DNA of 64,000 bases, taken from positions 54,994,001 through 55,058,000 of the forward strand of contig NC_042999.1 in assembly GCF_006345805.1 (NCBI RefSeq), read 5' to 3'. The DNA is from Octopus sinensis (lineage: Eukaryota). The translations under genes and the position numbers were made by a program. Numbering within the stretch: position 1 is the stretch's first letter; each line of letters opens with the position of its first letter. The notes under the pieces are model-generated. The model did no database searches. It saw nothing but the letters and a program-made list of their open reading frames with translations, and was not told the origin of the DNA. This document shows positions 54,015 to 64,000 of the stretch, in pieces.

Positions 54015-54420
54015 CTAGCTGGTGTACCCAGTAATTCCCGGGGGTAAAGATGTTCTATTTAAAGCCTTATTACTCTAATATAAAAAAGCAATTTTGTTTT
54101 AACTATCACAAAAGGTGTATTTTCCATCGTGAAAAAGTAAAAAAAAAACGGACAGCTGGAGGAAAGAGAGACTGTCGGAGATTGGCCAGAGAGACTGATG
54201 GATGTTGGCCAGAGAAATTGTCGGAGGTTGGCCAGAGAGACTGTCAATAAAACGATGTAGGAGGAGTTAGCTAACAACTTTACAAACAGGCACACCCAGA
54301 GACAGAATTTCCCACATATGTAGTTGATCGATATACATATGTATATATTACGCGCACACAACATTCGTGGCTTTTCTGACATTTAATGTTGTGTGCGCGT
54401 ACCCACGCCTAATTTGTTGG
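54015..54420 (-). mobile_element. Probable Helitron 3' end of another family
   Basis: CTAG at 54015-54018 with an adjacent GC-rich imperfect hairpin (CCCAGTAATTCCCGGG); short internal tandem repeats at about 54160-54245. Confidence 0.4.
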
Positions 54421-54590
54421 TACAGAAAGAATTTTGCCTCCAGTTTTTATTGCCTTAGGTGATCAAAGACCACTGTTCTGGGTACGAAGTGACCAGCTGT
54501 ACAGAGAGAGAGAGAGAGAGAAATGAAGAAAGAAAGAGGGAGAGATTAAGAGATGTGTGTCTGTTTGGTACACGTCTATCTAGCTATCAG

Positions 54591-54970
54591 GAGGCGCAAT
54601 GGCCCAGTGGTTAGGACAGCGGACTAGCGGTCGTAGGATCGCGGTTTCGATTCCCAGACCGGGCGTTGTGAGTGTTTATTGAGCGAAAACACCTAAAGTT
54701 CCACGAGGCTCCGGCAGGGATGGTGGTGATCCCTGCTGTACTCTTTCACCACAACTTTCTCTCACTCTTACTTCCTGTTTCTGTTGTACCTGTATTTCAA
54801 GGGGCCGGCCTTGTCACTCTCTGTGTCACGCTGAATATACCCGAGAACTACGTTAAGGGTACACGTGTCTGTGGAGTGCTCAGCCACTTACACGTTAATT
54901 TCACGAGCAGGCTGTTCCGTTGATCGGATCAACCGGAACCCTCGTCGTCGTAACCGACGGAGTGCTTCCA
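54591..54970 (+). mobile_element. tRNA-derived SINE, near-intact (GAGGCGCAATGGCCCAGTGG family)
   Basis: A box TGGCCCAGTGG and B box GGTTTCGATTCC; related tails at about 14330-14640(-), 29630-29935(-) and 32420-32760(+). Confidence 0.85.
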
Positions 54971-57284
54971 TCTATCTATCAACACGAGCTGACCAAAGCC
55001 TTGTAAATGGATTTCGTAGACGGAAACAGAAAAAAGCCAGGCATATGTGTGTGTGTACTTATGCCAGTGTGTGTATGTTTCTATGTATGCATAAGTATAC
55101 ATCCCCCACCTTTCATCACTATTGCTTGTGTTTTCTGTTGAAGTTGTTATTTGTGTTCAGCTCTGTGTGGCTAATAAAGAAACATATTTTCATTTTGGGG
55201 GATTTCTTTCGTTTTTCTTTTATCTCCCTTGGGAATTCGTTGACGAGCCTTTTTCATTTACTTTTTTTTTTTTTTGGTTTCTTTTAAATTTATTTACGGT
55301 ACACCCTCGTGGGTTTTTTTCCCCCTCGTCTGGCTTGAAATTTTCAGTTAACTTCTTAACCAAAGTAAATAGATGATTCATATATGTACATGGAACCACT
55401 CAACCGCGGATACGTAGGATAATTTTGATTGATTTCAATCATTCAGTGTCGTAAATAATTATATTTAAATACACGCCCAACTAATAAATATGAACAGCAG
55501 CTGTACATCTGTTATCATAATGCACTGATTATTAGGGTCGACTAAAAAAAAACTCAATCACCTCCCTCTCCAACGCCGCCGGGAGCGCTGCATCATTTGT
55601 GTTACGTGGGAAATATTCCATCAATATTGCACAAATGATGTTGGCATCAATTTTAGGCGATGTTACGGTTAAAATCCATCCAAGACTTGGCCCCCGTGGG
55701 ATCTTTTCTTTTCGAAGGCCAGATTTTCCTAGTTAACTAAACAATTTGAAACTTCGTATACTGGTAGAATGTGTCAAAAGAAAACATTATTGTAAACAAA
55801 ATTGTAATTCGTAACTTAAACGTAGTTTAATTTTAAGAATTTTAACCAATGAAATCGCAGCATTCGAGCTCAAATTATTTACCTCTTCTTCTGTCTTCTA
55901 CATGTGCTAGAAATAACAGCTATATCTCTTAACTCGATTAATTTCGTCGCCCAATAAAAATATTCGTGTTATCCGCCCACTACAAAAATCGAACTTGGTA
56001 TACATAGCAACATGGCCTGGGCCTATACTGGCCGAAACCTACCAAAGTTATTGGTAAATATTCATGCGCTACACGTCTCACATCAAGTCACAGGAAGCAA
56101 TGGCAAATTTCATTTTTTTATACATCAAGGTTGTCTTGAAAAATACTTTTAATATTGCATTTTATCGCACTAAATCCCAAAATAATTAAAGATATTTTTT
56201 TTAAACTTCTGAATTATATCTAATAAACATTTCATATAGTTAATTTGGTAACAGAAATTCCATTTGACACGGTATTTATTAAAACTTCTTTAAACAACGG
56301 ACAAAAAGCAACGTTTTCGTACACAGCTGTCCCTTAAACGCCAAGTCTTTTGTTTGTTTTATACCCCAAAAGCTACCCTTTGCACTCAGAAGCTTTCCAA
56401 GAACGACAGTTTTTGGCGGAGGTAAAGAATACACACACCACCAGTTTTCGGTGTAACAAAAACCCTAACCACCAGGTGTGCGTATTCTTTATTTTCTATG
56501 AAACTTTTCAATGGAACAATTTATCAGCAATAAATAACGGCGTCTTTGATTTTTGTCTTTAAACCATTTTTAGAACAAATAAATGGGTTTGTCTTTCTTT
56601 TAGAAATAAAAAAACTATCTCTTCAGATATTTTATGCATTGTGGTTAGTGTCAGTAGAAATCATTTAGTATCAAAAGAAAAAAAAAACGATTACAATAAT
56701 TAGTCCTACCACCTGTCACACATTTTAAATCCAATTTAGGGGAAATATGCTTTTCGTTTATTTTTACTTTTTTGTAAGGAGAAATAAAGTAATTATAAAT
56801 AAATTAATTAGACACTTACTTATTTAAGGACTCCGTTTACATATTATATATGCAATCAATAACCAGTTAATTAAGAAATTTAGAACAGGTGGACACGTTC
56901 TAATGACGCTTCTCAACTTGAGAAGTTTGGGAAACAAAATGACTGCACATGCGTAGTTTGAATCAGTCTCTAATCAGAAATTTAACGGAAATAATTGACT
57001 AATTCCAATTGGTTTTAGAATATGATTGATAATTTGCTTTATTGGCCCTGGAGGGGAAAGAGATGTAGTTGACTTTTGTGTAATTCGAATTCAGAAAGTA
57101 AAAGCAGTCAGAGCAAATACCACAAAACCATTTATGGGAAACTCTGAAGATTCTATCCATGAACCAAACGGAGAATGGGTTCACCATGACTAAAATATAT
57201 CCACTTGCATTTCTAAATGGATTTGACATCATAGTATAGATTCGTACGTACATACATACGTACATTCGTACGTAAATATATACA

Positions 57285-57805
57285 GGCAGATAGACAAACA
57301 GAAAACAGAAATTGTGCACAGTTGTGGAAATTAACTGCCCAGCAGATGATGACATAAAGTTCAGGGGGAAAGAGATCACCTATGCTGAACTATTGAGGAA
57401 TCTGCAGTTACTGTATCCAGATTACAAGTTCAGGTTTATACCTGTAATTATTGGGCCCCTAGGATATGTAACACACTGTCTAAATACCAATCATAAGAAA
57501 TTAGGCTTCTCAGAACCAGAAAGGAGAAAGCTAATTTGAAGAACACAGATCCAATCCATCACTGGAACTGTAAAAATTCGTAAAACTTTCCAGAAGTTTA
57601 TCATTTAAATATATATGAGCATGTCTAGATATGCAAGTATATGCATGAGAATACATACATAAAACATACAAATCTGTACATACATACATACATGTAAAAA
57701 TATACAGTTGTTGATGTTGAAATTCCAATGAAGGAGCGTTGGATCTAGATTAGAAACCGGTTCTTTCTCTATTGGCAAGAAATCTTGTAATAAAACTTAA
57801 TAATG
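57285..57805 (+). mobile_element. RLE-type LINE 3' fragment with 3' UTR, flanked by (CATA)n
   Basis: CTVVEINCPADDDIK...YAELLRNLQLLYPDYKFRFIPVIIGPLGYV...LGF; the UTR ends ...AATAATGA|CATACATACATAC. Confidence 0.75.
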
Positions 57806-57845
57806 ACATACATACATACATACATACGTACATACACACATACAT

Positions 57846-58495
57846 GGAAGAGAAGGAATTTAACCAAGATGCTCTGTGGCTGGAAGAAATTCGAGAAAGT
57901 TATTGCTCCTACGTTACATCCAAGACATACAACATTGATGGTGAAACTCTTGCAGCTGTGATCCAGAAACTCCAGGATGGAAAAGCACCTGGAAAAGACT
58001 TGATAGTTGGATATTGGTACAAGAAGCTAACATTCTACTGACCATATCTTATCAGGCTGTACCAGCAAGCTTTTATTGGGAACAGTAGCATACCACACTG
58101 GATAGCTCTGGCAGAGACAAAATTGAACCCCAGTTGCATGCCAGAACTTAATGTATAAGATATATATATTTCTTTACTGCCCACAAGGGGCTAAACATAG
58201 AGGGGACAAACAAGGACAGACAAAGGGATTAAGTCGATTACATCGACCCCAGTGCGAAACTGGTGCTTTATTTATCGACCCCGAAAGGATGAAAGGCAAA
58301 GTCGACCTCGGCAGAATTTGAACTCACAACGTAACGACAGGCGAAATACCGCTAAGCATTTCGCCCGACACGCTAACGTTTCTGCCAGCTCGCCGCCCAA
58401 ATGTATAAGATATATACAGCATGTTTAAAACTCTCCCTCCAGGACCATTGTGAAACCAACAACATTATCACAGCAGACACACACACACATATATA
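57846..58495 (+). mobile_element. RLE-type LINE RT N-terminal fragment, interrupted by a SINE
   Basis: WLEEIRESY...KLQDGKAPGKDLIVGYWYKKL...IPHWIA, resuming after the SINE as LQDHCETNNIIT. Starts directly after (CATA)n. Confidence 0.7.
58167..58399 (-). mobile_element. Young SINE copy with a 17-bp target-site duplication
   Basis: AATGTATAAGATATATA at 58150-58166 and 58400-58416. Confidence 0.88.
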
Positions 58496-58778
58496 AATGA
58501 ACGCATTGATGTAACAGAGAATTCATAAACACCCGCTCCTTTAAATTTTAATCCCCTTCCAGCCGCATTTAGACCCCTTTTCACATTTTGGTTAATATAA
58601 CCCGATTTCATTCGGGTGTACTGGGGCCACATTTTATAAGATGAGGAATTTTGTCCTAGAAGTAACGCGTTTCATTTGAGGTAAAAAAAATAGTTGTCAT
58701 GCAAACTTGCCAGCACTTTTAACATAGGTCTGCATATTTTCAGCTGACCCGACCGACCACATAATGCACACATTATAT

Positions 58779-58846
<68 letters not shown>

Positions 58847-58929
58847 GGTCCCGGGTTGATTCGGGGTTAACCACAGTAAATAAGGTACTCAATACATGGC
58901 AGAGTAAAATTAATTTATTATATAGAAGG

Positions 58930-58980
58930 AGCTTCTACAGGACTAGAACTGTTTCATTCAAGAGAAATCTTCAGGAAGCT
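58930..58980 (-). ncRNA. Type I hammerhead ribozyme motif (identical copy)
   Basis: Exact reverse complement of 60630-60680. Confidence 0.8.
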
Positions 58981-59749
58981 AGTTAACAAGAATTGTATTG
59001 GCATTTATACATTTAGGCAGGTTTAAAGGGGTGTTGGTGGGGACTTTTTGGGGGTAGGCATAGCGCAAAAAATCATACTTGGGGAGTGGTCAAGGAGTCA
59101 GTGTTAAATTAGATAGGAGAATAAATAAAAATAAAAAATAAAAAATAAAGAATAAAAAATAAAAAAAAAAAATAAAAAATAAAAAAATATATAAAAAATA
59201 TATAAAAAAATATATAAAAAATATATAAAAAAAAAAATATAAAAAAAAAGAAAAAGAAAATAAAATAAATAAATATATATATATAATTATATATATATAA
59301 ATAAAGGGGGGAATAGAGTTTTAGGTAAATAAGGAGATTCTCACTTATACCTCTGCACATATGTATACATATATACACACGCATACAAACATATATACAT
59401 ATACATACACACACACATACACACACATATATATATATATATATACACATATATATACACTCACACATACATATACATATCTACACATATATATGTATAC
59501 ATACACACACTCACTTGCATACACGTATACACACATGTACATATACACACACGACCACACATACATATACACACAGAAAAATATATATACACACATACAC
59601 ACACATACTCACATACACGCATACACACACAAATCCATACACACACATGCACACACAGCACACTAGTCCCTATATACACATATATACACATACACACATA
59701 TATATATATACACACACACATACACATACATACACATATATATACACAC

Positions 59750-59780
<31 letters not shown>

Positions 59781-60289
59781 CATATATATATATATACATA
59801 CATATATATACACACATGTGTACCTATGCATACCTACACATACACACATATATATATACATATACAAATACAGACCCATTCCCTAATTTTAATTTTATTA
59901 TCTTCGTTTATTACTTTTGCTTTTGTTATCTTTGGCCGCTTGGTCACAAACATCTTGGCTATGACAGCCAGACCATTTATCCGTCTACTGGAAAACAAGC
60001 ACTCATTCACTCACGCACACTCTTTAGCACGTACACTCACTCATTCGTACACTCATACGCATACACGCACGCACGCGTTATATTCATACATACATCTACA
60101 TACATTCACGTATATACACATACGTACGCGTACCTACAGATTCATGTCTACACTCTTAGAAGGCTAGTCTATACATATACACCAATAAATATAAATACAC
60201 ACACATACATGTACACCTACATACAAATACATACATGTATATATATACATACATATTATATATACACATACACATATATATATATACAC

Positions 60290-60365
<76 letters not shown>

Positions 60366-60629
60366 TATATATTTTTTTATATATTTTTTTATTTTTTATT
60401 TTTTATTTTTTATTTTTTATTTTTTATTTTTTATTTTTTATTTTTTATTTTTTATTCTTTATTTTTTATTTTTTATTTTTTATTTATTCTCCTATCTAAT
60501 TTAACACTGACTCCTTGACCACTCCCCCAAGTATGATTTTTTGCGCTATGCCTACCCCCAAAAAGTCCCCCACCAACACCCCTTTAAACCTGCCTAAATG
60601 TATAAATGCCAATACAATTCTTGTTAACT

Positions 60630-60680
60630 AGCTTCCTGAAGATTTCTCTTGAATGAAACAGTTCTAGTCCTGTAGAAGCT
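60630..60680 (+). ncRNA. Type I hammerhead ribozyme motif
   Basis: AGCUUC-CUGAAGA-UUUC(UCUU)GAAU-GAA-ACAG(UUCUAGUC)CUGU-A-GAAGCU. Helix I is 6 bp, helix II has 3 bp plus a U.U pair, helix III is 4 bp. Core is CUGANGA/GAAA with a GUA triplet; predicted cleavage 3' of 60674. Confidence 0.8.
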
Positions 60681-60691
60681 CCTTCTATATA

Positions 60692-60795
<104 letters not shown>

Positions 60796-61185
60796 ATATG
60801 TGTGTGTGTGTGTTGGAGTCTCTCTCATACGTGAGCGTTGACGCTGAATTCGACTGGTAAGCAGGTAACCTTGTCTTTGTTGAAATAGTTGTGAGCTGCT
60901 GTAGTTATTTCTCTGACGGGTAATAGGAATTTCCATATCCTCCGCGGAAACGAACTGTTGACCCAGACTGTCATGCTGTTAGCGGTCAGAAGTGAAAGTA
61001 CGTCAATTTCGTGTATTTACGTCAGGTTTATACCTTCGTTAATTTATGCCGTTAGGTTTATAAAACAATTGAAGTTCCGTTTAAAGTTTATAAATAAATA
61101 CATTTAATTCCCCATTATAGTAATATTTGTCTGTTGAAATCCGTTTCAAGGCGGTCAATATTTTAATTAAAGATGTGTCTATACA

Positions 61186-61298
<113 letters not shown>

Positions 61299-62201
61299 GT
61301 ATATATACATGTGTATACACATATATATTTATATATGTGTATATATACATGTGTATACATATATATATATACATGTGTAATGTATACACATGTATATTTC
61401 TAAGGTAGCCCACGGGCATCGTCACCTCTACGCGCGGGTAAGAGTGTGGTTGTTACTTTCTGTTGCTTCCTTTCTGCACGTAAAAAGCACCATCCGAACG
61501 TGGCCGATTACAGCGCCGCCTTGACTTGCTTCTGTGCCGGTGGCACGTAAAAAGCACCAACCGATCGTTGCCGCTGCGAGCCCCCCTGGCACCTGTGCCG
61601 GCGGCACGAAAAAAGCACCCACTACACTCACAGTGTGGTTGGCGTTAGGAAGGTCAACCACCTGTAGAAACACTGCCAGATCAGACTGGAGCCTGGTGCA
61701 GCCTCCTGGCTTCCCAGACCCCGGTCACACTGTCCAACCCGTGCTAGCACGGAAAACGGACGTTAAACGATGATGGTGATGATGATTCTCCGTCTTTGTT
61801 TCTCTCTCCTTTCTCTCTCACTTTCCCACTCTCTTACTTTTCTTTTCTCTCGGACTCTCCCTCGCTTTCTCTTACTCTCCATCTTTATCTATCTCTCTCC
61901 CATTTATAAACAACAGAAGATCTTGAGTAAGTTGAGAAATAAAATATTTAGAAAGATCAATCATAAATATCAGGCAGTGGCAACGGAAAGGTCTGCTTCA
62001 AGGCAGACAGCAAAACGCTAACATTTAAAAGGGACAGACGAACTTGCGAGCTGAAAACAAATAATAAAATATTGGAAACCAAAGTTTGAAGGGATAGAAT
62101 GTGAGGATAGTAGAGTCACCATGGCTGGCATTTCTTAACGACGGACAACAACGTATTGACAGTTTAACGGCTGGCGTAAAATTTTGAGCTTGATGTAAAA
62201 G

Positions 62202-62301
62202 NNNNNNNNNNNNNNNNNNNNNNNNNNNNNNNNNNNNNNNNNNNNNNNNNNNNNNNNNNNNNNNNNNNNNNNNNNNNNNNNNNNNNNNNNNNNNNNNNNN
62301 N
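62202..62301. other. Assembly gap (100 N)
   Basis: Run of exactly 100 N; the true size is unknown. Confidence 1.
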
Positions 62302-63182
62302 GATATGTATAGTGATTAACTGAACGCTATTAATATTGTTTGAAAAAACGTTATATGATTATACGTCAGAGGTAACCTATAGAAAGAGGAGGGATAAATT
62401 AAAGAAAAGTTAAATAAATGAGAAGTATATGACTATATGTATATTAAATGAAACCTTATAAACTAGGAAAATATATATTTTTAGTGAATGTGAAATATAA
62501 GAAGAAAATTAATGTTTAATTTGTATATAATGATAGTGATTACTTATATGAACTAAAGGTGTGTTTTTGCCAATGTTTACATAGGTATGCACTCTCTATA
62601 ACCGTGTTTACTAGAGGAGCTTTAGAAAAAATAATGAAAAATAGTTCAGAATAACAGAGAAGACAGAATTCCTTGTCTTTGTCATAAGGTATCGAGATTG
62701 AGAGAATCAACCATTCTAAATTAAACTGTTTATTGTGGTCTTTTAGATCCCCAAATTAATTTATTGAGCCCTGTAATGTTACGTTTATTCCTATTCCTAA
62801 ATGTCGAGTAATGGTTACAAATTCTTTTAGATTACTGTAAAGATGTGCTTCCAATGTAAAATTGCACTTTATTATGAGTAATAATTTTACACTGGTATAT
62901 AGAATTTTCAATTTTAGAGTTACTTGACATAAACTTGATTCTGTTGGAATTGACTTCAGATACAATAACCCTGTTATTAATATTTCTAGAGGGATGGATG
63001 GTATTAGCTAAATTAATGTTAGTATTAGTAAATGTATTAATATTTAACAAGTTGTTATTATGTGAAGAGATAATTTGTAAGAGATTTTTTGTGTTAGAAA
63101 AACCAATCCTTACCGTATGTGAGTTGATAATAGAGTAATACCTAAAATTCTTTGGAAAATTCCTAATAATAGCTTCACGGAG
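62302..63182 (-). mobile_element. Penelope-like element 3' part, GIY-YIG endonuclease pseudo-ORF
   Basis: NFPKNFRYYSIINSHTVRIGFSNTKNLLQIISSHNNNLL...ENSIYQCKIITHNKVQFYIGSTSLQ*SKRICNHYSTFRNRNKRNITGLNKLIW, then (frameshift) LEWLIL...FCLLCYSE...CKHWQKH, stop at 62540. The 3' UTR runs into the gap. Confidence 0.8.
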
Positions 63183-63287
63183 CTGCAATGAATACCATCC
63201 ATCCCCATCCCAAATCATTATATCGGGTCTGTTGTGCTTACATTTTACTGAGGTCTTCACTGGAACATTTCACCAGTACTCCTTTTT
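63183..63287 (-). mobile_element. RLE-type LINE endonuclease fragment
   Basis: W*NVPVKTSVKCKHNRPDIMIWD (RLE RPD motif), beginning immediately after a long (CATA)n on the minus strand. Confidence 0.7.
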
Positions 63288-63330
63288 ATGTATGTATGTA
63301 TGTATGTATGTATGTATGTATGTATGTATG

Positions 63331-63394
<64 letters not shown>

Positions 63395-63762
63395 ATTTAC
63401 ATACACTATTTCGATCCCTCTCCATTTTCAGGTACAATTGCTGCTCTCAGCCTTGTTTACGTCATCACAGTTCTGTTGATCTTGCAGCTGGTGTTGTTAT
63501 TGTTATAGTTGTTGTTGTTGTTGTCGCCGTTGTCGTCGTCGGTAGTGGTGGTGGTGGTGGTGACAGTTGTGGTGTTGGCATGTCGTTCCCCTGTATTCAA
63601 CATTCACAGATCAACCGTGCAACAAAGAAATACTTCAAACTGAACAACAATCTATTGACTGGCGACCATGACAAATGTAACGTAATAGAGGGGGAGGAAG
63701 AAGAAGAAGAGGAGGAGGAAGGAGAGGAAGGGATGGAGGAGTGGGAGGAGGAGGAAACGATT

Positions 63763-63805
<43 letters not shown>

Positions 63806-64000
63806 TGTGTGTGTGGGACGATTGGGGATTCGCAATACGAGGGTTAAGAAGTGTTTCGGGTTTTCTTGGTGAGGGCGAAGGTGTTTAGTAGCGAGGTGAG
63901 TAGCATCGGTGGAAGCGACAGTTGCGGTAATGGGTGGCGGTGGGGGGGGGGGGGGGGGGATGTGGGTATTTTTTTGACAAGAGCAAAAGAACGGTCGGGT

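Noticed and set aside
60913-60960. CTGACGG...GAAACG, HHR-like, beside the young HHR element
   Set aside because: A9 is missing and there is no convincing helix I/II or NUH; at best a decayed relic.
63232-63888. 218-aa ORF with poly-V, poly-G, poly-E and ER runs
   Set aside because: Built from consecutive microsatellites; the start lies in repeat sequence.

Overview
Repeat-dense animal genomic DNA, very likely octopus (inferred from the repeat families and the microsatellite load), with one 100-N scaffold gap at 62202-62301. The only confidently supported host gene is the 3' end of a + strand multi-EGF protein gene (MEGF6-like). It has five phase-1/phase-1 exons encoding seven 8-Cys EGF-like repeats (9162-16718) and a short terminal exon (22263-22318) ending in ...TRRGDVHWTDHYSK*, i.e. 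an RGD motif and no transmembrane segment. Almost everything else is transposon-derived: tRNA-headed SINEs, RTE tails and fragments, an L1/Tx1-type 5' half, R4/Dong-type RLE fragments at (TAA)n and (CATA)n, Penelope-like (PLE) pieces, mariner fragments, Helitrons, piggyBac-type MITEs and a solo LTR. Most long ORFs in the track are microsatellite artefacts. The most striking unexplained structure is a set of at least four families of hammerhead-ribozyme (HHR) motifs. One is a tRNA-headed SINE-like element with a minimal dimer-type HHR that occurs at all three loci as an inverted duplication ending at the same base. Another is a young non-coding element with two identical complete type I HHRs in inverted arms. 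Also notable are a head-to-tail composite Helitron array with CTAG|TC junctions and a 121-bp satellite made from a mariner transposase HTH coding segment. All alignments and folds were done by eye, coordinates of degraded repeats are approximate, and ribozyme activity is untested.
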